From an uncultured Desulfobacteraceae bacterium (GTDB lineage Bacteria; Desulfobacterota; Desulfobacteria; Desulfobacterales; CAZWAE01), in NCBI GenBank assembly GCA_964631805.1, contig CAZWAE010000001.1, forward strand, positions 190 through 64,189: a stretch of DNA of 64,000 nucleotides. Direction: 5' to 3'. Below are positions 20,083 through 29,973 of this stretch, in pieces (within the stretch, counting starts at the first letter, position 1; each line of letters begins with the position of its first letter). The notes below the pieces were generated by a model that searched no databases, was not told the origin of the DNA, and worked only from the letters and a program-made list of their open reading frames with translations. A program made the translations under genes and the position numbers.

Positions 20083-22482
20083 CTATTTTTGGGTCAACTG
20101 GAACACCCCGTCCCAGGTCTGGCCGAGCTTCACCGGAGGTTCCGCCTTGAATTTCCGGCACCGGTAAATAAAGACTTCCGAAGGGGTGGTTTTTTCAAAG
20201 GGAAAGCGTTCCAGGCTGTATGAGCGGCTGAACCGTTCGATGGCCTGATCCCACTCCATATTCTGGTACAAGCGCATGCCCTCCTCATACAAGACAATGA
20301 GTTCCCTTTCCTTTTCGGATATCTCTCCCTTCATGCCGATCAACTCGTAGACGCGCACCGGTTCCGATTTCCCGACAACGGTGATACGATCCAGATATCG
20401 GGTCTCCACTGCATCCATCACTTTTTTGGGTTCGCCCGATTCATCCATATACTCCACATCCAGCGTATATTCGCTCACCAGGTTGTAGACACCGTACTGT
20501 TTGGCGGCTGCCTCCAGCCGTGCCGACAGGTTCACCGGATCACCCATCATGGTATAATTCATACGGGTGGAACTCCCCATGTTCCCCACCACGATCTCTC
20601 CCGTATTGATGCCGACGCGCATCCGCATCTCATGGACCACCCGCGGCCACCGGTCTCCGGGTCTCCATTGATCCCCGGGAACATTTCTGACATTTGGGTT
20701 GGGCTCTCCTGCTACTGTCTTTTCACCCTGCCATTTTATCCGAAGCTCATCGAGCCGCTCCTGCATTCGGACAGCCACCCGGCAGGCCCGGACCTCCTGA
20801 TCCAGCAGTTCCATGGGGGCGCCGAAAAAAGCGATGATGGCGTCTCCTTCATATTTGTCCAATGTGCCCTTCTCTCCAATCAGGATGCCGGTCATCTCGG
20901 TGAGGTATTCGTTGAGCAGCTCCACCAGCTGGTGTGCGGTCAGCTTCTCGGAAAAGGTGGAAAATCCCTGGATGTCGGTAAAAAAAGCGGTGATGATTTT
21001 GGCCTCTCCACCCAGCGTGGGATGCATTTTACTGTCATACATCTCATCGATGAGTTCCGGCGACAGATAGCTGGAGAATGTGTTTTTAAGGAACTTCTTG
21101 TCCCGCTCCTCGGTAAAATATTTGATGGCGGATAACGTGAGATAGGCAACCACGAGGTATACCGCCGGTACGGTAAAATTGAGCAGTAGTTTGTAATTGA
21201 CAAACGCCGCCTGCACCATCACCGCGTGTGCCAGCAGGCAGAAAAGTGTGATGGGAATGGCCCAAAGAGTGGTGGCCACCGGGAAAATAATCCCAAGCAG
21301 CAGGCCAAAAGAAAGCACCTCGGCGGCCGATAGATGATGAACCCAGTCCGGTTCTTTCAGGAATGCCTGCTCAAGGATATTTTCCACCACGGTGGCCTGT
21401 TTTTCCACCCCTAAAAAACCGGGGCTGAAAGGGTTGGGCCAGATGTCGGCCATACCCACGGCCGCCCCGCCCACCATCACCGCTTTACCCGCAAGTTTTT
21501 GCGGTTCGACGCTCTTTTCGAGGATATCGATGACCGAATAGGCGGGGATGGTCAGGTTGGGACCGTAGTAATTGATGTAAGCATGCCCGTCTGTCGCAAT
21601 GGGAATTTCAACATTCCCCAGCTTGACCTTCTTGCTGAAATGCAGCACCACATCTTCCGGTGCCACATCCAGATAGGTCTGGGCCAGACGAAGCCCAAGG
21701 GGTGCGAAGGCCACCTCATCGTGAAGGATCACCAGCGCCTCCCGTCGAATGGCGCCATCGGTGTCCGCAAAGGTGTTGACATACCCCATTTGACGAGACG
21801 CCTCCGACAGGACCGGAATGGGAAGGGAGCGTCCCGGCATCACCGTGGGCAGAAACGTATCCACACCCGCGGGGTTATCGAACTGGCTGTAGGCGGCATT
21901 CACAAGGTAGGGGGGAAATTCTTCCGTCTTTTCTTCATAGGGCAGCAGCGCCATGCCCAGCACCACGTTTTCCCTTTCCAGCATGGTGGCCGCCATTAAC
22001 TGATCGTTGTTCGCCACCTCCAGGGCCTGGTTGAGCTGCTCGAAATAGGCCTGGTTTTCCGGTTTTTCGTTGAGCAATCCCATCGCCACATAGACATCCG
22101 CCAATTCACCCAGAAGTTCAAGCTGGGGCGTAACTTCAGGATCGGTGAAAAGGACATCAAACCCGATGGCTTTGACCCCGTAATCGTTGAGCTGCTGAAT
22201 CAAAGCGGCAATCACCGATCGGGACCACGGCCATCGCCCCAGCGCTTTGATGCTCTTTTCATCCACGTAGGCCACCGCTACCTGGCCGCTGGGCTTTGCC
22301 GGTCCCCTGAGCAAAAACCGGTAATCCACGCTTTTCTGCCGGATGGCATTGTACATGAAAGATACATTCAGGTAGGGCACAACGGCAAACACCGCTGCGA
22401 TGGCCAGGCTGAACCAGAACAGTTTATTCCTGAACAATTTCCCGAATGAAAATAGCCGGGTTAACTTCTTTGTTTTTGGCAT
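20083..22482 (-). CDS. CHASE2 domain-containing adenylate/guanylate cyclase
   Basis: 799 aa with an N-terminal TM, a periplasmic CHASE2 domain (GRWPWSR motif), 3-4 TMs and a class III cyclase domain (FTDIQGFS...KYEGDAIIAFFGAP...GINTGEIVVGNMG). Confidence 0.9.
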   Translation of the reverse strand: MPKTKKLTRLFSFGKLFRNKLFWFSLAIAAVFAVVPYLNVSFMYNAIRQKSVDYRFLLRGPAKPSGQVAVAYVDEKSIKALGRWPWSRSVIAALIQQLNDYGVKAIGFDVLFTDPEVTPQLELLGELADVYVAMGLLNEKPENQAYFEQLNQALEVANNDQLMAATMLERENVVLGMALLPYEEKTEEFPPYLVNAAYSQFDNPAGVDTFLPTVMPGRSLPIPVLSEASRQMGYVNTFADTDGAIRREALVILHDEVAFAPLGLRLAQTYLDVAPEDVVLHFSKKVKLGNVEIPIATDGHAYINYYGPNLTIPAYSVIDILEKSVEPQKLAGKAVMVGGAAVGMADIWPNPFSPGFLGVEKQATVVENILEQAFLKEPDWVHHLSAAEVLSFGLLLGIIFPVATTLWAIPITLFCLLAHAVMVQAAFVNYKLLLNFTVPAVYLVVAYLTLSAIKYFTEERDKKFLKNTFSSYLSPELIDEMYDSKMHPTLGGEAKIITAFFTDIQGFSTFSEKLTAHQLVELLNEYLTEMTGILIGEKGTLDKYEGDAIIAFFGAPMELLDQEVRACRVAVRMQERLDELRIKWQGEKTVAGEPNPNVRNVPGDQWRPGDRWPRVVHEMRMRVGINTGEIVVGNMGSSTRMNYTMMGDPVNLSARLEAAAKQYGVYNLVSEYTLDVEYMDESGEPKKVMDAVETRYLDRITVVGKSEPVRVYELIGMKGEISEKERELIVLYEEGMRLYQNMEWDQAIERFSRSYSLERFPFEKTTPSEVFIYRCRKFKAEPPVKLGQTWDGVFQLTQK

Positions 22483-22650
22483 GACAGGACTCCTGATGAA
22501 AGAGGATCGCTTGCATCAACGCATGTTCAAAAAGAATTTTTGAGAACTGCGGGAATCGTTTGGGTCTAATCCTATCAAATATAAAGAAAAGCTGCAAAAT
22601 AAAAGTGTGTCATGGTCGTTTCCGGAACCGGAATAGGGCATGTTTGAAAG

Positions 22651-23424
22651 TCAAAAAATCTGCCACCACTTTTTCTTGGGAGGTAAAAAGGGTTCGGGGC
22701 AGAAAACCGTTCTGCCGGCCAGCACCGCCCGGGGCCGATCCCGGACCATGGCGTTGGCGTCGGCCGGATTGCCCAGTATTTTCGCGGCAACCGCAACGGC
22801 CTTAGATAGGATCGGTGGACGGTTGTCCGATGAATGGGCATCCGTGGCAATAAAATGGGCCATCCTGCAACGAATCAAGGTGTGGGCGCTGTCCATGGCT
22901 TCCCTTCCGAAGGCCCCTGTAACGCTCATGGCGGTTACCTGGATGAGGCAGCCCATGGTGCAAAGTTCGAACATGAGGTCGGGCCTGTTTCGAAGCAGGG
23001 GATGGCGTTCGGGATGCGTGACGATGGGTGTAATCCCGCTTAATTTGAGCTGGAACAGCTCCTCCTTGAACCCGGAAGGGATAAATTGCCCGGGAAATTC
23101 CACGAGCATGTAGGCACCGGTATCGTTGATCGTGGCGACACGGCCGCCTCTTACCTGTTCCACCATCGCGGTGCAGATATGGACGTCCGATCCGGAGATG
23201 AGTGCCAGGGGCAACCGCTCCCGGTCAATCGTTTTCTGCAATTGTGCCACACCGTCTTTGACCTGCTTCAGATCATTTTCGTACACACCGTTTAAGGTGT
23301 GGGGAGTGGCCACGATGGTATGGATGCCGTCTGAAACCGCCACATGTGCCATGGCCAGGCTTTCCGCAATATCGGCAGCACCATCATCGACTTTGGGCAA
23401 TATGTGGCAGTGGATATCGATCAC
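22651..23424 (-). CDS. PHP-family protein-tyrosine phosphatase (CpsB/YwqE type)
   Basis: N-terminus MIDIHCHILPKVDDGA...ATPH matches CpsB/CapC Mn-dependent phosphatases. Its start overlaps the stop of the Wzc-like kinase by 4 nt. Confidence 0.85.
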   Translation of the reverse strand: MIDIHCHILPKVDDGAADIAESLAMAHVAVSDGIHTIVATPHTLNGVYENDLKQVKDGVAQLQKTIDRERLPLALISGSDVHICTAMVEQVRGGRVATINDTGAYMLVEFPGQFIPSGFKEELFQLKLSGITPIVTHPERHPLLRNRPDLMFELCTMGCLIQVTAMSVTGAFGREAMDSAHTLIRCRMAHFIATDAHSSDNRPPILSKAVAVAAKILGNPADANAMVRDRPRAVLAGRTVFCPEPFLPPKKKWWQIF

Positions 23425-25670
23425 GAATGGGTTTCGGAATGTCTTTTCCGCTGGGCTTTCTTTCGTTTTCTACCATCTTCCCCGTAGTAGTAATAGTAGT
23501 ACTGATAATAGTAGTAGCTGTCGCGTCGGGCACTGACACCGTTAAGTACCGCACCGAGAATTTGGCCCCGGGCCGTCCGGACCTGGGCAACGCCGTTTTG
23601 TATCACCTGCCGGGGCGTCTCCCCCACCCGGACCACCAATAACGTGCCATCAACCACCTGGGATAGAATCACCGGGTCGGTCACGGCGGTCAATGGCGGC
23701 GAGTCAATAATGATGCGCGTATACCGTTTCCTGAGTGCATCCGTAAGGGCGACCATTCTCTTGGAGCCAAGTATCTCCGAAGGATTGGGTGGAATGGGGC
23801 CGCAGGGGATCAGATCGAGGTTATCGACCCCCGAGTCCACCATACAACTCTTGAAATCCGCAGCGCCCACCATGATGCTGGAGATACCGTTTTCACGATC
23901 CACATCGAACACCTTGTGCATCCGGGGGCGCCGCATATCGCAGTCGATCAATGCGACCCGCGATCCGGCATTGGCCATGGTAATGGCCAGATTGGCGGCA
24001 CAAATAGTCTTGCCTTCATCTGGCCCCGCGCTGGTCACCAGAATCACCTGGGGTGCCTCATCCGCGGATGAAAAGAGAATACCGGTTCGAATGCCGCGAA
24101 AAGATTCGCTGGCCGTCGATTTGGGGGAGTGCAGGGTTACCAGATCACCGGGGATGCCGTTTTGCGACGCTTTCGTTTCCATGGCCGGCACCATCCCCAG
24201 ATAGGGAATGCCCAGGTAGTTTTTCACCTCCTCCGGCATTTTAATGGTGTTGTCCATATACTCCAGAAAAAATGCCAGACCGATGCCCAGGGTCAAACCG
24301 ACCACCATGGCCAGCAGGACGTTGAGTTTCTTCTTGGGTTTGACAGGATTTTCCGGCACTTCCGCCCGGTCCACCACGCGGATGTTCCCGGTTTTCATCT
24401 CCTCGGTGAGAGAGGTCTCCTTGAATCGCTTGACCAGCAGTTCGTACATATTCCGGGCGCTTTCCGCCTGCCGGCGGAGCACACCGTACTGGACCGCCTT
24501 CTGGTTCATCTGCAGGCTGTCCTGTTTTTGGGCCGCCAGCGCCTTCTTGAGGGTTTCTTCCCGGGCCAATGCAATTTTATAGTTGTTCCGCAAAGAGTTG
24601 ATGACCCGTTTGACTTCGGTGGCCTTTCTTTTTTTCAGGTCCTTCAGCTCGGAGTCGATGGCCAGCATTTTCGGGTGCTGCCGTCCATATTTCTTGGAAA
24701 GCTCGGACATGCGCGTGTATAGATTGACCTCCATCTTCTTGATCTCACGGACCAGATCGTTGGCCAGCACCTCCGGAATGGAATCGAGCATGTCCGGGGA
24801 TTTTTCCACGGAAAGGGCCTGGCGGTAGCGGGTTTCCGCTTCTACCCGCTTGGCTTCCGCTTCCACCACCTGCTGGTTCAACTGGGCCAGTTTTTGGGCC
24901 GTGATCTGTTCGGCATCGCTGGAAAAATCGGTGATAATACCATGTTGTTCCTTGTACCGCAGCAGGGCGTTTTCCGCGATTTCCACTTTGCTTCGTTCAT
25001 CATCGATGCGTTCGCTGAGCCAGAGAACGGCATCCTTTGCCGCGTTCAACTTGGTCTCGAGGTTCTGGTCGATGTAGGCACGAACCAGTTCATTGGCCAT
25101 TTTTGCCGCCAAACCCGCGTCCGTCGCTTCCACGCGGACATCCACCAGCCGGCTGTTGCGAATGGGCTCGATACTGACCCGGTTGATAAAGGATGACACC
25201 AATGCGGAATCGGTTTTCTCGGTATTCTCATCGCCACTTTCGGGCCCTGTTTTCAACAGGGATACCGTCCATTCGGTCCACCAGGCGATACTCTCTTTGA
25301 ACCAGGCCTTGGTAGTTGATACAATATCGTCCTTGGGCGGCGGGAAGAACTCCGGGCTGCTTTGCAGGTCCAGCTTCCGGATCACGTCCCTGGCCACGGC
25401 ACGGCTTTCGATGATCTTGTACTGGGTCTGGTAGTAGTCGGAACCCGTGGCATCCACCGCCATCACTTCCTGGATGGACATCAGGTTCGGGTTTTCCTTT
25501 TCGATGACGATGCGGGTCGATGCCTGGAAAATGGGGGTGGTGGTGAAAGTGTGGACAGACACGGTCAGCACCACCAGCATAAACAGGGAAAAGACGGTCC
25601 ACCGCCTTTTGGAGAGAACGCGCAGGTAGTCGCGCAGATCGATGGTTTCTTCGTCGTAGGTGTCGTTCAT
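23421..25670 (-). CDS. polysaccharide co-polymerase / tyrosine autokinase (Wzc / GumC-EpsG type)
   Basis: 749 aa with a Wzz-like N-terminal TM, a periplasmic coiled coil and a second TM. The BY-kinase domain has Walker A (SAGPDEGKT) and a C-terminal Tyr cluster (RRDSYYYYQYYYYYYGEDG). Confidence 0.9.
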   Translation of the reverse strand: MNDTYDEETIDLRDYLRVLSKRRWTVFSLFMLVVLTVSVHTFTTTPIFQASTRIVIEKENPNLMSIQEVMAVDATGSDYYQTQYKIIESRAVARDVIRKLDLQSSPEFFPPPKDDIVSTTKAWFKESIAWWTEWTVSLLKTGPESGDENTEKTDSALVSSFINRVSIEPIRNSRLVDVRVEATDAGLAAKMANELVRAYIDQNLETKLNAAKDAVLWLSERIDDERSKVEIAENALLRYKEQHGIITDFSSDAEQITAQKLAQLNQQVVEAEAKRVEAETRYRQALSVEKSPDMLDSIPEVLANDLVREIKKMEVNLYTRMSELSKKYGRQHPKMLAIDSELKDLKKRKATEVKRVINSLRNNYKIALAREETLKKALAAQKQDSLQMNQKAVQYGVLRRQAESARNMYELLVKRFKETSLTEEMKTGNIRVVDRAEVPENPVKPKKKLNVLLAMVVGLTLGIGLAFFLEYMDNTIKMPEEVKNYLGIPYLGMVPAMETKASQNGIPGDLVTLHSPKSTASESFRGIRTGILFSSADEAPQVILVTSAGPDEGKTICAANLAITMANAGSRVALIDCDMRRPRMHKVFDVDRENGISSIMVGAADFKSCMVDSGVDNLDLIPCGPIPPNPSEILGSKRMVALTDALRKRYTRIIIDSPPLTAVTDPVILSQVVDGTLLVVRVGETPRQVIQNGVAQVRTARGQILGAVLNGVSARRDSYYYYQYYYYYYGEDGRKRKKAQRKRHSETHS

Positions 25671-25756
25671 AGGTTCCGTATGTTGTGTGTTGTCCGTTAT
25701 AGGTTTGGGTTTTGGAAGCGGGTTGTGAGTCCAACAGCAAATTGGCTTTTTAGACT

Positions 25757-25815
25757 ATAGGCTGTTAGGAAAAGCCTAAACGCCTAAGAGCCTTCAGCCT
25801 GGTCAGCTAATTACT
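25757..25815. repeat. copy A of a ~57-70 bp dispersed repeat (R element)
   Basis: taggctgttaggaaaagcctaaacgcctaagagccttcagcctggtcagctaattactc. About 6 mismatches over 57 nt versus the copies at 39294-39350 and 42876-42932. Confidence 0.8.
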
Positions 25816-25890
25816 CCTGCTCACTGTTTACTGTTCACCGCTTACCTTGTATTTCCCCTGCTCACCGTTTACCGTTCTCTGCTCACCGTA
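25816..25890. repeat. degenerate heptamer tract (YGYTYAC)n
   Basis: tgctcac|tgtttac|tgttcac|cgcttac at 25818-25845. This 28-mer is identical to 46368-46395. Further ctgctcaccg units continue to 25890. Confidence 0.8.
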
Positions 25891-27009
25891 CTAAAAGAAA
25901 CTCTCCGGTACAACGATCACATCCCCCGGCTGGATGAGGATATCCTGGCCTTTTTTTCCGGCCTCGGTGATTTCATCCACTTTGACCTCGATGATCTTTT
26001 CGACACCATCCTCCACCCGGATGATCCGGGTGCGATTCCGCGCCGCAATGGGGGTGAATCCACCGGATTTGCCGATGGCTTCCACCAGGGTAATCTCTTT
26101 TTCCAGGTAGGCGTAGGATCCGGGCGCCTGCACCTGGCCGATGATATAAAAGTAATCCGCTTTGGGGATATAGATCAGGTCTTTGTTCGTCAGTGGAAGA
26201 TTGGAGAACTGGTCGCCGCCTTTGAGCAATGCCGGAAGATCGATTTTTATAACGATTTTGCGCTGGTTCTCGGCTCCGGGGTTCTCCGTTCGAATAATCA
26301 TCCCCTGTTTGCCGCCCTGTTCGAAATCGATGCCCCCTGCCTTGGAGATGGCGTCCAGCAGGCGCTCCTGCTCCCTTAAGGCATAGGATCCCGGTTCTTT
26401 GACCGAGCCGAGCACCATGAACTGCTTGCTGAGGTAATCGGTCACGATGACGGAAACGTGGGCATCCAGCATAAACTGCCCCTCGGCGAGTTTCAGCGCA
26501 ATGCTGTTTTCAATTTCCGATGTGGTCATACCGGCCACCTTCAGCCGGCCGATCAGCGGAAACGAAATAAAACCGTCTGCGCTGATGCGAACCTTTTCCC
26601 GCGACAGATCCTCCTCTTCGTAAACAATGATATCGATAATGTCGTACCCGCCGACCCGGTAATCCCGATCTTTGACCACCTTTTCACCGGCGGGCAGGGC
26701 CAGGTACTCCTCCACCGAGTAGTTGGGCGTCTGCTCGACCACTTTTTCCAGTTCGACATCACCCGTGGCTTCATCTTCCTGGGCTTTTCTGAACTCGGCG
26801 AGCTGTGCCAGTTCCTCCTCCCCGAGATCCTCAAGGGCAGCGTCCGAATTGGACACTTTGGTGACCTGCACCACTTCGCCACCGGTCACGCACGCAAAAA
26901 TCGAGATGCCGACGGCAATCACACCCAACAACCGTAAAACCGCATAATTTTTCATGGAATCGCTCAACATCCTCTGAATGGTTGTTTTTTCGAACCTTTT
27001 CAAACCCAT
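25891..27009 (-). CDS. polysaccharide export protein (Wza-like, Poly_export + SLBB domains)
   Basis: 372 aa with a signal/lipobox-like N-terminus and the motifs YRVGGYDIIDIIVYEE and GRLKVAGMT..E, plus repeated SLBB-like segments (PGSYAL, PGSYAY). Confidence 0.85.
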   Translation of the reverse strand: MGLKRFEKTTIQRMLSDSMKNYAVLRLLGVIAVGISIFACVTGGEVVQVTKVSNSDAALEDLGEEELAQLAEFRKAQEDEATGDVELEKVVEQTPNYSVEEYLALPAGEKVVKDRDYRVGGYDIIDIIVYEEEDLSREKVRISADGFISFPLIGRLKVAGMTTSEIENSIALKLAEGQFMLDAHVSVIVTDYLSKQFMVLGSVKEPGSYALREQERLLDAISKAGGIDFEQGGKQGMIIRTENPGAENQRKIVIKIDLPALLKGGDQFSNLPLTNKDLIYIPKADYFYIIGQVQAPGSYAYLEKEITLVEAIGKSGGFTPIAARNRTRIIRVEDGVEKIIEVKVDEITEAGKKGQDILIQPGDVIVVPESFF

Positions 27010-27209
27010 GGTTTTGATTTCAGCAAAGTTTATTTTTTACAACCAGAGCCGTAAAAAAGCAAGTTTAATCCACTGGTTTCGCAGATTCCCAGGCAAATGC
27101 GGTTATCATGCCAGGAGCCGCTAAGATCCCCTGCATGAAAAATCGGTCATCTGTTTTACCCTGAAACAAGTTTTTTCTTTCAGAAACGACCGGATTGCAG
27201 AGCCGGCAT

Positions 27210-29972
27210 TCAGGGGCGTTCCGGAATGCTATCCAGCCATTCCAACGCATATTTGGCCCACACGTCGTCGGGAAACTCTTCAAGCACCCGTCTGAATGCA
27301 ACTGCCGCCGCTTGGTGACGATGGAGCATGAATTGGCACTTACCGATGTGAAACAGTATCTCCGCATAATTTCGGGCATCCGGAAAATCGATCAGGGTCT
27401 TTTGGAAAACGGAAAGGGCCGCTTCCCAGTTTTTTTCTTTGTAATGGGTGATGCCATAGAAAAAAGAGGTCTCATCACTCACCGAAGAACCGGGAAATTC
27501 AGCCAAGGCGGTTTTCAATACTTCCCTTGCCGCTGCAAACCGCTCCTGTTTCACCAGATCCATACCGGTACGGTACATGATGGTGGCATCGCGGTTGTGC
27601 ACCAGAAAAATCGTCCAGACGGCACTGCCCAAGAGCAACAATACAGTTGCCTGTAGAATGGGCTTTCGTTTTTGCACCGGTACCATTTTGGAAATTCCTG
27701 ACCAAACAGATTCCCCCCATCGATTGAATTGCTGGGCGTTATCAGATACCCGCGCCGCCGGTACCGGAAATAGGTGACGCATAAACCGCATTAAAAAAGG
27801 TGACGTGATGAAAAACATCAACAGACCGGCAACGGTCAGAACCTGGCCCAGATGATTGGGAAAGGTCGTTGAAAAGTAAAGCCTTACACGGTTCTTTTTG
27901 GGGTACACCAGCATGAATGAGGGAGACACCAGATAGACCCGTTCAGCCCCCTCCACCTTCCAGTTGGGGTGGTAGGAAACCCGAACCAGATGCGGTTTTC
28001 CCAGATGGGGCGTTTCGAAAACGATCTCCTCCGGAGATATGGATTCGTTGATCAACCGGCTGTCATCGTGAATGGAATGGGGCTTTTTTTCTCTTCTCTC
28101 TTCCAGAAAGTGGTCCGGAAGCCGGTCGTGAAAGATGGTTTTGAACCGCTTTTTATCTTCGGGACCGAGCCGTTTTTTGAAAATGACCGGCACCCTCAAA
28201 TCTCCTTTCCGGAACCACTGATATGCATTTTGCTTCCAGTTGCCGCCCACCATCAACACCGGATCGTATTCTGCCAGCGACACGTAGCGATCGAGGTTTC
28301 CCGTATATCGATAGATGGTAAAGGGCGGAAATTCCTTTTCGCGCACCACCTCCGGATATGCCCCCAGCATCTTTTTCAGCTTGGCACCGACGGCAATGAT
28401 GTGGCTGACGTTGAAAAGACGCAGATGGGCCAGTGCCCGATCGATCCGAACATGGGAATAGTTGTATTGGGGCAGGGGCCTTGAGGGCGTTGCTGAGATT
28501 TCAGACTGGATGTAGAACACAAACGGCGAGGTCGGAGAGGACTGGGGGTAGAGGCCCTCCAGTGTGGAACGGCCGGAAAAAAGGGGCAGCATCTCAAATG
28601 CCCGCAGAGAACCCGCCTTGGCGGTCAAATCGTTGTGTTCGTAAACCACCCGCGGGTCCTGAAGACTTCCCCGAAGATGGTCGTTGACCCCCTTGAACTG
28701 CTTCCATACCGCTTTTTTCTCAAAACCGTTATAGTCCCACTGGATCCAGTTGGGAATGTAGTTGACCTGCGAGTTCACCCACAACAGGGTGGCCACCGCC
28801 AACAGCACGGCTGTCATTCCCCGTGCGCGGACGCGCCGAATGCACTTTCCCAGCCCGATGGCACCCAGCATCACCAGGGTCAACTGCAGGAAAGGAATGA
28901 ACCGGATATCCACCACGCCGATCCGGTGTGCCACCAGATAGAAAACTCCGGCGGCAACCGAAATCACCCACAGGTAGATCTCGGCATGGATTGTTGCCTC
29001 GTCGGCATCGTTTGTTTGGAAAAGGCCCCGCAACCAGCCGGTCTCCAACCTGCCGGGCACACCCCATTTCATGCACAAGCGCCGGGCAATCAGCAAAAAC
29101 AGCCCGACGCAGGCAAGCACCACGGCCGGAAGCAGGATCGGCGGAAACACCTCCCATATATCTTTTATAATCCAGATAAAATTGTTGCTGGTGGTGTAAG
29201 GTGTGAACCACAACAGTTGCACAATCCAGAACCCCAATAAGAAAAAAGCCAGGGCATTGACCCTGAGATAATACCAGATTTTTCTGCCGAACCGGTCGGT
29301 GGTGAACAGCAGGAATGCGGTTACGCACACGCCGAACAGGATGGTGTATCCGTGGCTGAATCCCACCAGGGCCAACAATATGGCATTGGCGCGAACCCAT
29401 TTGCCCTCCGTCAACCCACGATGGAAGGTTCCGATGTAAAGATAGAGAAACGCCATCCCGATCCCATATGAAAACTCGCCGGCCAGCGTGCTGGGGATGT
29501 TGCCACCCCACATGGAATTGGCTTCCATAAACAGGAACATCAGGGAAAAAGCCGCACCGATGAGTGCCGTGCCATAGTGAAACCGCAGATGACGAAGGCA
29601 GGCATAGACACAAAAAGGCAGGAGGAAAGGGCTTGATGCCGAGACCAGTTTGAAGGCTATTTTGAGTGGAACGAGCCATTCCAATGCCGCCATGACAAGG
29701 AACGGAAATGGGAAGTAAAACTGAAACAATGGAAACCCGGCGTAGTTTCCCGGCATCCATCCGATGATTTTCAAACTGGGCAGAAGCGTTCGAACGAAAT
29801 AGTGTGCCGTCAGGTATTGGGAACACATGTCCCCGCCTGCGGTAGTGGTTTCCAGCAGCAGATATGCGGGATGATAGTAGCTGAACAGAAACCCGACGAT
29901 CAGGCCGAAAACCGCCAGGCAGGAGACGATCCTTTTTAGAGAGACTATACTGGGGGATGCGCTGCTGTTCAA
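27210..29972 (-). CDS. large polytopic membrane protein with C-terminal TPR domain (possible GT-C-like glycosyltransferase; function unproven)
   Basis: 920 aa with more than 10 predicted TM helices in the first ~420 aa, a soluble middle domain, one more TM, then YbgF/BamD-like TPR repeats (last ~130 aa). The stop abuts the start of the next gene. Confidence 0.55.
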   Translation of the reverse strand: MNSSASPSIVSLKRIVSCLAVFGLIVGFLFSYYHPAYLLLETTTAGGDMCSQYLTAHYFVRTLLPSLKIIGWMPGNYAGFPLFQFYFPFPFLVMAALEWLVPLKIAFKLVSASSPFLLPFCVYACLRHLRFHYGTALIGAAFSLMFLFMEANSMWGGNIPSTLAGEFSYGIGMAFLYLYIGTFHRGLTEGKWVRANAILLALVGFSHGYTILFGVCVTAFLLFTTDRFGRKIWYYLRVNALAFFLLGFWIVQLLWFTPYTTSNNFIWIIKDIWEVFPPILLPAVVLACVGLFLLIARRLCMKWGVPGRLETGWLRGLFQTNDADEATIHAEIYLWVISVAAGVFYLVAHRIGVVDIRFIPFLQLTLVMLGAIGLGKCIRRVRARGMTAVLLAVATLLWVNSQVNYIPNWIQWDYNGFEKKAVWKQFKGVNDHLRGSLQDPRVVYEHNDLTAKAGSLRAFEMLPLFSGRSTLEGLYPQSSPTSPFVFYIQSEISATPSRPLPQYNYSHVRIDRALAHLRLFNVSHIIAVGAKLKKMLGAYPEVVREKEFPPFTIYRYTGNLDRYVSLAEYDPVLMVGGNWKQNAYQWFRKGDLRVPVIFKKRLGPEDKKRFKTIFHDRLPDHFLEERREKKPHSIHDDSRLINESISPEEIVFETPHLGKPHLVRVSYHPNWKVEGAERVYLVSPSFMLVYPKKNRVRLYFSTTFPNHLGQVLTVAGLLMFFITSPFLMRFMRHLFPVPAARVSDNAQQFNRWGESVWSGISKMVPVQKRKPILQATVLLLLGSAVWTIFLVHNRDATIMYRTGMDLVKQERFAAAREVLKTALAEFPGSSVSDETSFFYGITHYKEKNWEAALSVFQKTLIDFPDARNYAEILFHIGKCQFMLHRHQAAAVAFRRVLEEFPDDVWAKYALEWLDSIPERP

Positions 29973-29973
29973 T

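Noticed and set aside
22560-22850. Small ORFs (81-157 aa, both strands) between the cyclase and the phosphatase gene.
   Set aside because: They overlap the 3' part of the well-supported PHP phosphatase CDS or the short intergenic promoter region. No motifs are present.
28729-29826. A 365-aa minus-strand ORF in an alternative frame inside the 920-aa membrane protein gene.
   Set aside because: It is fully nested in a longer ORF with a coherent TM/TPR architecture. Its product is Arg/Gly/Pro-rich with no features.
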